This document shows, one piece after another, positions 1 through 11,953 of a DNA stretch of 64,000 bases. Source of the DNA: Centroscyllium fabricii (lineage: Eukaryota); assembly GCA_051313645.2 (NCBI GenBank), contig JBNRSN020000002.1, forward strand, positions 270,072,001-270,136,000, in the 5' to 3' direction. The position numbers and the translations under genes are program-made. The notes beneath the pieces were generated by a model. It was not told the origin of the DNA and did no database searches. It saw only the letters and a list, made by a program, of their open reading frames with translations. Numbering within the stretch: position 1 is the first letter of the stretch; each line of letters opens with the position of its first letter.

Positions 1-486
1 CATGATACAGGACTCGAGCGATAGAGTCTCTTGGTCCAGCAGCCGTTGTCGGGCCTGGCTGGACCTGAGTCCTGCTACATACGCATTGCGGACCAGGAGA
101 TTGGCCCCTTCCTCTGCCGTCGTTGCCTGGCAGTCGTAAGCCCGTACGAGGGCTTGGAGCGCTAACAAAAATTCTTTGTTTGACTCACCCAGCCGTTGCC
201 TTCTGGTTGCCAATATGTGTCTGGCGTAAACCGAGTGGACCGGGCGCATATAGCTGTCCTTCAGCTTCTTGGCAGCTTCTGTGTATGTTTTGATGCCTCT
301 GATGAAGGAATACACCCGGTCGCTGATCCTGGATACCAGTACTTGTAGCTTGTCCTCATTGCTGGTCGCTTTCACGGCCTTCATGTAGGCCTCGACACAG
401 CCAAACCAATGTTCGAAATTGTTCGCAGCATCGGGCGCCTGAGGGTTGATATCAAAGCGGTCCGGTTTTACTGCGTTGCTCTCCGT
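1..486 (-). pseudogene. gag: gag N-terminus of element 0 (start codon mutated ATG>ACG)
   Basis: Manual translation (T)ESNAVKPDRFDINPQAPDAANNFEHWFGCVEAYM...VHSVYARHILATR aligns with MESSAVKPEKLDISPQDP... at 20697. Confidence 0.85.
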
Positions 487-524
487 GTTCAAAAAATTGT
501 TAATAAAATTGACGTATTGTCAAT

Positions 525-949
525 TAGAAACATAGAAACATAGAAACATAGAAGATAGGAAGATAGGAGCAGGAGTAGGCCATTCGGCCCTTCGAGCCTG
601 CTCCGCCATTCAATGAGATCATGGCTGATCATCCAAACCCAGTACCCTGCCCCTGCCCTCTCCCCATATCCCTCGATCCCTATCGAGCCTGCATCGACAC
701 ATATCCCACTCTATCCCCGTAACCCAGCCTATTCAATCCCCCTAACACTAAGGGTCAATTTATCATGGCCAATCAACCTAACCCGCACATCTTTGGACTG
801 TGGGAGGAAACCGGAGCACCCGGAGGAAACCCACGTAGACACGGGGAGAATGTGCAAACTCCACACAGATAGTACCCAAGGCTGGATTTGAACCCGGGTC
901 TCCAGTGCTGTGAGACAACAGTGCTAACCACTGTGCCACCGTGCCGCCC
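525..949 (-). mobile_element. HE1-like tRNA-derived V-SINE, full length, inserted in the U5 of the element 0 LTR
   Basis: Minus-strand head GGGCGGCACGGTGGCACAGTGG (A box) and GGTTCAAATCC (B box). V-domain core GTGGAGTTTGCACATTCTCCCCG...GGTTTCCTCC. CR1-type 3' tail ending in (TTCTATGT)n. Confidence 0.9.
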
Positions 950-1199
950 TTTGAGACACAAAGATGAATAGTTACCCCAACTAAAGGCTTTTATTAACAA
1001 TAAATGGAGCTGGTCTCCGGATGAGGTTAAGATGGTGAATGAAACCACCTATGTACTCCGACCTGAGGGGAGGAGTTTTAGGTGGGGCAGTTCCTGCCGT
1101 CAGGTATTTACAGATATACAGGTATGTGACCAGTCATGCCATCAGGTCATTACTGATGTGGACATTATATACAGATGGTAAATACACGTTTACCACAAA

Positions 1200-2327
1200 A
1201 CCCATCTCCTCACCTTGACTGAGCGCTTCCTCAACTGAGGGATCTACCAGAAGAATGGAAACCATTTGTTTCCGTTCCTCCTGGACAGTGCGGAGGGGAC
1301 TGTTGCTGGTCCTGTGGGGGAGCAAAGGAAAGAGTTAGACATGTTGCATGCACATTGAATTGTGCAGATGATCATAAGTCAATCTGTTAGAGCAGCAGAA
1401 TCAATATCAGTCACTCATGCAATGTCAAAGAGAGCGATGAAAAACTATTCTGGCACCAGCTTGCGCTGATGCGCCCATCTGTCCGTCCCCCACTTGCGCA
1501 TCCTCCTCCACTCCCACAATCTCCAGGGCTACCTCCACTGTGCTGTGGTGAGCTGAGCTATTGAGGGTGGCCCTCCTCCTGTCCTCATCCTCTCCCTCTT
1601 ATTGTGGGCTCTCTTTTCCTGCAATGAGGGACACAAGTGGAGTTTGAGTGAAAATGAAGGAGTGAGTATGGAGAATTCATAGCATAGATGCTTAGAAGGA
1701 GACAAAGGGGCCTCCCTGTGTGTTGTAAGTTGTTGTCATAGTATCACAGTGATAGGGAGTGTGAAGGCTGCATAGTCGAATAGTTAAGTGAATACGAATT
1801 TACAGAGAATATGCAGGAATGGGTAAGGGTGCAGGGATGTAAGGCACTGCAGCCAGGTTCTGCTGCACATTGAAATCACATTCACCTCCTGTGCCACTTG
1901 CAGCCACACAGCTTTGGTCTGTTGTGGAGGCTTTTTCCTCCCTGAGGAAGGAAAGAGCACTTCCTTATTTGCTCTTGTTCCCTCCACCAGAGCTTGGAGG
2001 AAGGCCTCATCGAATCTGGGTGCACACTTTGGTCTAGTGCTGGACATAGTAGCAGTAGGAATCCCACAGAAGTATGTTGATAAAGTTGTAAGGCTGAAAA
2101 AGAACCAAGGTTGCTTGCAGGCATTAAAGCCAGCTGCATAGCTGTCATCATCGGAGGCGAGTTTCAGTATCAAAAGACTCATTGGGCCAGGGGTTTCCAT
2201 ACACTGGGAATCAAGTGCCCAATTAGGGCAAAATCACACTTTTGTCCCGCCTCACATCAGAGGCGGGGATCTGACACGCCGACCACCTGCCACGCCCCCA
2301 GCCCGCCCCAATGACAAAATCCAGCTC
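1200..2327 (-). mobile_element. Harbinger/PIF-derived element with spliced Myb/SANT-like gene remnant
   Basis: Exon 1 (ATG 2047): MSSTRPKCAPRFDEAFLQALVE...LFP...W..VA.EVN....RTWLQC. Exon 2 (about 1455-1619): EKRAHNKRERMRTGGGPP after a cattgcag acceptor. Terminal AAAATCCAGCTC resembles a Harbinger TIR. Homologous to 51250-52569. Confidence 0.7.
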
Positions 2328-3110
2328 TTGGTGTGAGTACAAAGTGAGGACTATCTTTATGGACTCTTATCAATTTTATCACTAAAATTATCGACTGGAC
2401 GAATTACAGTCCCCTAACCAGAGAAGAGAATGTTGTCACTACAAACTCACTAATGCATAAATGTTCTGCAAATATGACAGAACTAATGAAAATTTTCAAT
2501 TAGGGTTGCCCAGCAGATCAGTAGTGTTAGACTACCATAAAATTAAAAAATTATAATCAAGGTGTTAAATGTGATAGTTTCAAGCCTGTCTCTATTAATG
2601 CAGCTTCTTTTCATAGATCATAGTTTTCAGAAAACTCTTCATTTAATTATAATAATTTGTCTCCTGGTTGTCATGTCATAAATAGAACATGGGCTCTCCC
2701 ATTCTGTGAACACTTCCTGGCCTTTAATAACAGCAGTCCTAAATATACACACACACACTGAAACAGAGCCTATTTATACAGTAGAGACGGAGTGGCGTGT
2801 GTCATGATAACACCTTTTTATTTGTTATATTCAATTAAAATTAAAGCTTAAATATAACAGGTATTGTGGCGGTACGCCCACTGGGACATCGAATCCGCCA
2901 CGGGGACTCCGCGGAGCAGAGCCCCGCTCATCCAGGTGACGCGACGACGTCATCACGTCGGCCGACGCGATGACGTCACCAACCGCGGGACCGTTTAAAT
3001 ATGCCTGTCTCGAGTGGTTCACTCTCTTTCTTGTTTTGTACTAGTTGATTAAAGCTGTGTTCTCTCTAGCTCTGGCTCACGTGTGGTTCCGAGGCCTGCC
3101 GGCGCTACAG

Positions 3111-3122
3111 TGGTGACCCCGA
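3111..3122 (+). promoter_or_regulatory. Primer binding site complementary to the tRNA-Trp 3' end
   Basis: TGGTGACCCCGA lies one nt after the LTR-terminal CA; tRNA-Trp priming is established for the CsRn1 clade. Confidence 0.85.
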
Positions 3123-3196
3123 ACTGGAACGACTTCCAGAGAAGAAAAGCTGCCGCAGGATCTGGGACCACCAGCCAAAGACTTTTATCAGAGAAC

Positions 3197-6100
3197 ATGG
3201 TAAACCCAAGAAACCAAGCTCCACGAACGCAGGGAGCTGGACAGAACGCCGGACGGGGACTAACTCTACCCGAGTTCTGGGAGCAACGGCCAGCGGCCTG
3301 GTTCATCTGTATTGAGGCCAGCTGCCGCACACATGGCATTCAAAGGGACGACCGCTACGACCTGGTGTTCTCAGCCCTACCACAGACGACGATTGATCGG
3401 ATGTGGTCAAAAATCCAGCGCGTGCCCGTCGCAGGCAGGTATGAAACGCTTAAGGCCGCGCTTATCAAAAAATTTACCCCCTCCCAATTCGAGCGCGACT
3501 GCCAGCTCCTCGACCTCCCTGAACTCGGGGACGCAGACCCATCGGACCTCTTAGGTCAGATGCAAGCGCTCACACCCAACTCGGCCTCCCTCTTCCGCAC
3601 CATCTTCCTCCTCAAACTGCCCCGTGCCATCAGACCGGCCTTGGCGGCCCTTGGCCACCGGAGCGATGACGAGCTCGGAGAGGAGGCCGACAGGCTCATG
3701 GAGGCGCAGCGCACCCGCTCTACCACGTGCGAACCTAACTCCGCATCGGTAGCGCACAGCCATTCACCCCCCAGGCACAACTTTACACCTGAACCTAGGG
3801 CCCCGCACCCGCCCAGACAACCGCGTCCCTCTAGCACTGGCTGGTGCTACTACCACACGCGGTTCGAACACAAAACGCACCGCTGCGTCCAGCCATGCGC
3901 GTTCAAGCCACGGCCCAACTCAGCCCCCACCATGTCTGTAGGCCACACAGGAGCACTGCTCTTCGCCACAGACAGCGGTACAGGCCTCAGGTTCCTCTGC
4001 GACACAGGCGCGCAGCACAGCATCGTGCCAGCCTCCCCCACAGAAACCAAATGAGGTACCCGGGGCCCGCCACTAGCGGCAGCCAACGGCTCTAATATAA
4101 AAACGTACGGCACCCGCAAGCTAACCATAACCCTTGCAAGCCACGCGTACACCTGGGATTTTGTAACGGCCCAGGTCACTTCTCCCCTCCTCGGGGCAGA
4201 CTTCCTCTGCGCCTACGGCCTACTGGTCGATGTAACTCAGCGCCGCTTGGTAAATATAAACACCATGACGACCATCCCATGCTCCACAGCGCCCGCACTC
4301 CTGGCCCACGCGGCAGCCCAATGCAGCTCCAGGGACTCCGATGCCTACGGCACGCTCCTGGCAGAGTTCCCCGCCCTAACCAACCCCACGTTCACCGCCC
4401 GCAAGGCCAAACACGGGGTGGAACATTTTATAACTACCACAGGCCCGCCCGTCCATGCCCACGCCCGTAGACTCGACCCGGCCAAGCAGGAGATCGCGCG
4501 CACCGAGTTCCGCACTATGGAACAACTCGGTATAATCCGCCGCTCCAGCAGCCCCTGGTCTTCTCCGCTCCACATAGCCCTCAAGCCCGACGGAGGCTGG
4601 CGCCCCTGCGGCGACTACCGCCGCCTTAACAACGCCACCACCCCGGATAGGTACCCCGTACCCCACATCCAGGATTTTTCCGCCAGACTAGCGGGTGGTA
4701 CGATCTTTTCTAAGATCGACCTGGTGCGTGGCTACCACCAGGTTCCGGTGCACCCGGCGGACATTCCTAAAATGGCCGTCATTACCCCCTTCGGAATCTT
4801 CGAGTTTCTTAGGATGCCCTTCGGCCTTAAAAACGCGGCCCAGGCCTTCCAGCGCCTCATGGACTCAGTCCTACGGGACTTGAAGTTCATCTTCGTCTAT
4901 TTAGACGACATCCTCGTGGCCAGCACCTCCCCCCAGGAACACCTCCTGGACCTCAGGACCCTGTTCCAACGCCTTACCGAACACGGCCTTATCTTAAGCC
5001 CCACCAAATGTAAATTCGGCCTCGAGACCATTGACTTCCTCGGCCACCGCATTTCCCAAACAGGGGCCATACCCCTGCCCTCTAAGTTGCAGGCGGTACA
5101 AGAATTCCCCCGCCCGCACTCCATTAAAGGGCTGCAGGAATTTCTGGGGATGGTTAATTTTTATAACCGCTTTATCCCGGGAGCAGCCGCTCTCATGGCC
5201 CCCTTATACCAGGCCACCCGCGGGCAGTCCAATAAGGCCGCGGTCGAGTGGACGGCCGAAGCCGCCACCGCCTTTACCGCAACTAAAACCGCCCTGGCAA
5301 ACGCCAGCCTCCTAGCCCACCCTAGGCCCAACGCCAGAGTAGCCCTCACCACCGACGCCTCCGACCACGCGGTCGGGGCCGTATTTGAGCAGTGGACCGG
5401 CAACTCGTGGCAGCCCTTGGCCTTTTTCAGCCGGCAACTCCGGTCCCCAGAGGTTAAATACAGCGCCTTTGATAGGGAGCTGCTCGCTCTCCATCTGGCG
5501 GTGCGACATTTTCGTTTCCTCTTGGAGGGCCGCCACTTTACAGCCTTCAGCGACCATAAGCCACTCACATTTGCGATGGCTAAGGTCGCTGAACCCTGGT
5601 CGGCCAGGCAGCAGCGCCAACTCGCGGCCGTGTCGGAATTTACAACCGACATCCAGCATATTTCCGGCCGCGACAACGTGGTCGCTGACTGCCTCTCACG
5701 CCCCACCATTAACGCCGCCCAAATGGCGGTCGATTACGCCCAGCTGGCCGCTGACCAGCTGGCCGACCCCGACCTACTCAACGCAGCAACTAATCTCCCC
5801 GGCCTCCACTTGGCCAATATCGCGCACGGCCCCGCTGCCACCGTCGTCTGCTGCGACGTATCTTTACCGCAACCCAGGCCCGTCGTGCCCCATGCTTGGA
5901 GGCAACATATTTTTAGGACCCTCCATGACCTGTCCCACCCTGGCGCCCGCGCGTCCATTAAGTTAATATCGGCCCGATTCATATGGCGCGGCCTGCGCAA
6001 GGACGTCCGCGCCTGGGCCAGCTCCTGCATAGCCTGCCAGCGCTCCAAAGTGCATAAGCACATCAGGGCATCGCTGGAAAATTTTAAAGTACCGGCCAGG

Positions 6101-7024
6101 CGTTTTGACCATGTCCACATCGATCTCGTCGGGCCACTACCGCCATCGCGGGGCCACACGCACCTAATGACCATGGTCGACCGCAACACTCGCTGGCCAG
6201 AAGCAGTCCCCCTCACCGCCACCGGCACCACGGACTTGGCCAGGGCGTTCATCGCCACCTGGGTCACCCGCTTCGGCGTGCCCACAGACATCACCTCCGA
6301 CAGAGGACCCCAATTTACGTCGGCATTATGGGCGGCCATCGCCCGCGACCTCGGAGTGACACTACACCGAACCACCGCATACCACCCACAGGCGAACGGC
6401 CTATGCGAACTGTTCCACCGCTCGATGAAGGCATCACTACGGGCCACGCTAAAAGACGCATCGTGGACCGACCGCCTTCCATGGGTCCTCCTCGGGCTGC
6501 GCTCGGCAGTCAAAGAAGACCTCAACGCCTCGGCAGCGGAGCTCATCTACTGCCAAACTTTAACGGTGCCGGGCGAGTTCCTGTCTGAGCCCAACGCTCC
6601 CATGTCAGCCGACCAGTATTTAAAAGATTTTGCTAACCCGACACGAGCTTTCCAGCCACTACCAGTGGCCCGGCACGGAGAGCCGGCAGCTCGGGTGCCG
6701 GACAACATTAAAAATGCTAAATTTGTGTTCGTCCGGCGCGACGGACACCGATCCCCACTACAGCCACCTTACGATGGCCCCTACAGAGTGCTTCGGGCGG
6801 GAGCGAAAGCTTTCGAATTACAAATGGGTAACAGGACTGACACTGTAACAATAGACCGGCTCAAGCCGGCACACGTGATAGCGGGCGAGACTACGGTCCC
6901 CGCACAACCACCACAACGCGGTCGCCCTCCCGCAACAAAACCCGCCCACACTCCACCGCAGAACCAGAGGCTACAAGCAACACGGTCCGGCCGCATCATC
7001 CGGCCACCCCAACGGCATACATAG
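3197..7024 (+). pseudogene. gag-pol: gag-pol polyprotein with one nonsense codon (TGA 4052-4054)
   Basis: Collinear with the intact 1273-aa ORF at 42146, where this codon is CGA. Protease FLCDTGA, RT YLDD, RNase H TDAS, integrase HHCC and DDE motifs. Confidence 0.92.
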
Positions 7025-8773
7025 ACACTGTCACTATTCCTCCCGGACGGATTCTGGGGGGAGCTGTGTGGCGGTACACCCACTGGGACATCGAATCCGC
7101 CACGGGGACTCCGCGGAGCAGAGCCCCGCTCATCCGGGTGACGCGACGACGTCATCACGTCGGCCGACGCGATGACGTCACCAACCGCGGGACCGTTTAA
7201 ATATGCCTGTCTCGAGTGGTTCACTCTATTTCTTGTTTTGTACTAGTTGATTAAAGCTGTGTTCTCTCTAGCTCTGGCTCACGTGTGGTTCCTAGGCCTG
7301 CCGGCGCTACAGTATGTTTATATATTATTCAAGATTTTATTCTGAAAGGCTGCTAGTTTCTAATGAACATATATAATGCAGTCAGATCGTACAGTAAAAA
7401 TATATTTGCACAACATCTGCAGGGCCCAGGGAAGTTCAGCTGGAGACGCATGCCAACATGAATTGCATAAGATTAATTTTTTGAAGTGTGTTTGCACATG
7501 TTTGGCTGGAGTTGAAACCTTGCCATGGGTGGGGAAAGGAAGGGTGTGAACGACATAACTGTAGAATCTAATCGTTACTGCAGCTGTATGTAGTCCTTCT
7601 CATTGGTAAGACAGGCAAACTGCATGATATTCATTGTTACGAACCAGCCTATTAAAATGCTCACAATCTGCTTACACAATGTAAAGCATTAAAGTATCAC
7701 CTCTGATCCATGGAACGTCATCTCTGGTACACCAAAGACACAATGAAAGTAAATGTTTTCTCCTTGGCCCTGAAATTATGCCATGGGATACTACCATCTG
7801 AATGCTTAACGTATATGTCTGAACTCCCCCTCTCTACTATTTTAGTTGAGGTGTTAACCTTGTTAAACTAAACAATCTGTGCTAAATTCAGGAAGAATTT
7901 CAGGTGAATGCGTAAAGTGATCGTACACTAGTATCCCACTTTCAGGGCCTTTATCTACTTAAATGTGTTCTTAAATTGTTTGGGCACAATGGTGAATTTT
8001 GCATTGTACTCAGCCAACAAGGGGAAAGATTTCTGCTGGTCACTGTAGCGGTGATTCCAAGACTCAGCGCTTTCAGTTGGCAGCTGCAGTCACAGGAAGC
8101 ACCTTGTAGCTCATGATTCTTCATGTATTAAAAGTAATGGACAGAAAATCACAGGTTGCTCGTACAAGTACTGTTTCGTAGTGGATTGCAGAACCCCCCT
8201 TTATGTGTTATCGATATAAACATAGCAGGAAGATTTCCTGCATTTGATATTTCTAGCAAAATCATAAAATTATTCTAAAAGGAACAGGTTTATGACTTGG
8301 CTTAAAAATAACCAAAGTTTCTTGCTGTGCTTACAATATTGTGAATATGTTGTAACCAGAGGGAATAAAGTTACACTAGCTTGAAAAGATTGATGCAGAA
8401 ACATATAATAAAACCTAAGTTAAAGGAAGGAAAGATTGCTCAGTTAGTGGCATAATTAACACCTCTTTGCACCCTGCTGTTCATCCCTGTGACTGTAGGT
8501 TAAGCTAAGAGACAATAGCACAAGAGAATCATAGGTTAGGTATGGCATGAGCCAGCGTAGTTTCCCCAGATTCCAGTATATTCCAACCACACCCTTAACC
8601 TCACCCACCACAACCTACATTACCAGCATATTTGTTGTGTAAACACTTTTAATGAGATATTTGTATTTAGGGAGTTTTCAGGCAGACTAACTCCCTGCTT
8701 ATCGTGGCAAGTGGAGCTCAATGTGTACATGGAACTGGAGATTGCTTCCTGATTCCTTTCCTGTTTGTCACTA

Positions 8774-8870
8774 CAGTCAAACCTGTACAGAAAGGCCACT
8801 CACGGGAAAGGCAAAAAGTGGTCTTTATAGACAGGTGGCCTTTCTATACAGGGTGATGGTGGCCATTTTG
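8774..8870 (+). mobile_element. Left end of a TA-flanked Tc1/mariner-Tigger-type non-autonomous DNA transposon
   Basis: TA|CAGTCAAACCTG with subterminal GGCCAC/GTGGCC repeats. A matching inverted end CAGGTTTGACTG|TA lies at 29648-29661. Confidence 0.55.
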
Positions 8871-11800
8871 TTTTTATGTACAGTACCCAGCGGAGCGCAC
8901 TCGGAGCCCAGCCCGGCCCAGGGAGCTCACCTCACCCCAGCCCGGCCCAGGGAGCACACTCAGAGCCTAGCCCAGTGATGCACAATCAATTACTACCAGT
9001 CGATGGTCAGATGTAATCGAGGCTTTTATTAACATAGAAGTGGACACAGGTCCGATGATCTTCCAAGCCGAAGTGAGAGCACTCAGGTGTGCTGGCACTT
9101 TTATACCCAGTGGGCAGAGCCTGGGGAGGAAGCCGAGGAGCAGAGTCCTCCCAGGTGAGTCCTCCCTGGCAAGGAGGCGTTACAGTACAGTTACAGGGAG
9201 GGGACACAAGGGGGAGACATACATACAATATATGCAGTGGTTTACCATATTCACCCCCTCTTTAAAAATGAAGGCGGGATGAACAATCTTTCAAATGGTA
9301 TTCTCAAAGATTATGTCTTTCTGGTGGTCTGGTCTGCCAAGTCGACCGTCGCAGTGCAGGTCTTGGAGTTGTTCCTGGGGTCGATGGCCATGCTGTCTCC
9401 AGCGGTTGTAGGACTTCCGGCTGTGTGGTGTCTTCCGAAGTCGGTGGTGGAGCAGTCGTGGGGGGGTGGGTGTTGTGCATCGTTCGATCCCGAGTCTCCG
9501 GCGTGCCGTCTATAGGAGCTGTAAAAGAACCAGACGACAGCGTCTCGTGAAGGGGAACGGTGGTGGGCGTGGTGGTGGGGGTGGGGGGGCCAGTGGTCTC
9601 TGGGGCACCCGAGGGCACAAGGTCTCTGATGGAGACCGTGTCCTCCCGCCCGTCCGGGAACGCCACGTAGGCGTACTGGGGGTTGGTGTGGAGGAGCTGT
9701 ACCCTTTCGACCAGGGGGTCTGTCTTGTGGGCCCTCACGTGTCTCCGGAGCAGGACAGGCCCGGGGGACATCAGCCACACTGGCAGCGAGGTCGCAGATG
9801 CAGACTTCCTGGGGAAGCAAAACATCCGTTCGTGAGGGGTGGCATTGGTGGCGGTGCAGAGCAGTGACCTAATAGAGTGGAGGGCATCTGGGAGGACCTC
9901 CTGCCAGCGGGAGGCGGGGAGGTCCCTGGACCGTAGGGTAAGGCTGATGGCCTTCCAGACGGTACCGTTCTCCCGCTCAACCTGCCCGTTGCCCCGGGGG
10001 TTGTAGCTAGTGGTCCTGCTCGTCGCAATCCCTTTGGACAGCAGGTACTGGCGCAGCTCGTCACTCATGAAGGACGACCCCCTGTCCGTGTGGATGTAGT
10101 TGCGGAAGCCGAACATGGTGAAGATGCTGTGCAGACACCTGATGGTTGTGGCTGTGGTCATGTCAGGGCAAGGGATTGCGAAGGGGAAGCGTGAATACTC
10201 GTCAATGACTGTGAGAAAGTACCCGTTCCTGTTGGTGGAGGGGAGGGGGCCCTTGAAATCGACGCGCAGTCGTTCGAAGGGGCTGGTGGCCTTGACCAAA
10301 GTGGCTCTGCTGGGTCGAAAAAAAATTGGTTTACACTCCGCACAGGTCGAGCAGTGCCTGGTGATGTCCCGGACGTCCGAAACGGAGTAGGGCAGGTTGC
10401 GGGACTTCACGAAGTGATAGAGCTGGGTGACCCCGGGGTGGCAGAGGTCATTGTGGATGGACTGCAGTCTATCCTCTTGTGCGCTGGCACAGGTTCCACG
10501 GGATAGTGTGTCCGGGGGCTCATTGAGTTTACCGGGCCGATACAAGATGTCATAATTGTAGGTGGACAGTTCAATTCTCCACCGTAAGATTTTGGCGTTC
10601 TTTATTTCACCCCGCTGATTGTTACTAAACATGAAAGCCACCGACCGCTGGTCAGTGAGCAGGGTAAATCTTCTACCGGCCAGGTAGTGTCTCCAGTGCC
10701 GCACCACTTCCACGATGGCCTGGGCCTCCTTCTCCACTGATGAATGCCTGATTTCGGGGCCGTGGAGGGTGCGGGAGAAGAAAGCTACTGGCCGTCCAGA
10801 CTGGTTGAGAGATGCGGCCAGGGCAAAGTCAGAGGCATCACTTTCCACCTGGAACGGGGCGGATTCGTCCACAGCATGCATGGTTGCCTTGGTGATGGCC
10901 GCTTTGATGCTGTCGAAGGCTGCGCGAGCCTCGATCGACAGGGGAAAGGAGGTGGATTTCAGGAGGGGGCGGGCTCTGTCAACATACTGGGGGACCCATT
11001 GGACGTAGTACGAAAAGAAGCCCAGGCACCTTTTCAGGGCCTTTGGGCTCTGGGGGAGGGGAAGCTCCATGAGGGGGCGCATGCATTCGGGGTCCGGGCC
11101 GATGACCACGTTTGCCACGACGCACCCCAGGATGGTGAGGTGGGTGGTGCGGAAAACGCATTTTTCCTCATTGTAGGTGAGGTTGAGGAGCTTGGCGGTG
11201 TGGAGGAATCTGGCCAGGTTCGCATCGTAGTCCCTCATGTCGTGGCCACAGATGGTAACGTTGTTGAGGTAGGGGAAGGTAGCCAGCAGCCCGTTTCGGT
11301 CCACCATCTGGTCCATCTCCCGCTGGAAGACCGACACACCGTTGGTGACTCCGAAAGGGACACTCAGGAAGTGGTAGAGGCCGCCATTCGCCTCAAAGGC
11401 GGTGAAGTGGCGGTCTCCGGGGTGGATGGGGAGCTGATGGTACGCCGACTTAAGGTCAATCGTAGAAAACACCCTGTACTGTGCAATCTCATTGACCATG
11501 TCTGAGATGCGAGGCTGGGGGTATGCGTCCAATTGGGTGAAGTGGTTGATCGTCTGGCTGTAGTCGATGACCAGGCGGGGTTTGGTGCCGGTCTTGACGC
11601 CTACAACCTGGGCTCTCCAGGGGCTGTTGCTGGCCTCGATGATCTCCTCCCTCAGTAGCCGCTGGACCTCAGACCTAATGAACCGTCTGTCACCCGTGCT
11701 GTAGCGCCTGCTTTTGGTAGCTATGGGCTTACAGTCGGGGTGAGGTTAGCAAATAGTGAGGGAGGGGTGACCTTGAGGGTCGACAGGCTGCAAACGGTGT

Positions 11801-11953
11801 GGGGATCGTGCTGTGCGAACTGCTGGCTACAGACAGTCAATGAGGGGAGGGGGCCACCGTATTTCATGATGACGCTGTCGAGGTGGCTCTGGAAATCAAG
11901 GCCCAGTAGGACGGCAGCGCAGAGGTGGGGGAGGACCAACAGTTTAAAACGGT

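Larger units (their letters stand above)
1..1197 (-). mobile_element. Gypsy element 0 (self-complementary-PBS lineage), 5' end: 5' LTR 510-1197 (interrupted by a SINE) plus start of gag, running off the window
   Basis: Minus strand begins TGTGGTAAAC at 1197 and the LTR ends ...CGTCA at 510. It is followed by A-TTTTATTAACAAT and then a gag frame homologous to element D gag. Confidence 0.85.
2865..7311 (+). mobile_element. CsRn1-clade Ty3/Gypsy LTR retrotransposon, full length, copy 1
   Basis: 245-bp TG...CA LTRs at 2865-3109 and 7067-7311 (about 4 differences), 4-bp TSD GTAT, PBS TGGTGACCCCGA, PPT GGGGGGAGCTG, and the Gag CHCC motif (CYYH...C...C) typical of CsRn1. Confidence 0.95.

Noticed and set aside
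880-949. tRNA gene
   Set aside because: The A and B boxes belong to the SINE head, which continues into a V core and LINE tail.
4052-4054. Stop-codon readthrough in CsRn1 copy 1
   Set aside because: The TGA lies inside the protease and is CGA in the intact copy; it is CpG decay, as at 12312 and 55320.
5161-6546. Long antisense ORFs, also open in the second CsRn1 copy (44104-45468)
   Set aside because: They are shadows of GC-rich pol codon usage with no recognisable domain; being open in both copies follows from their high identity.
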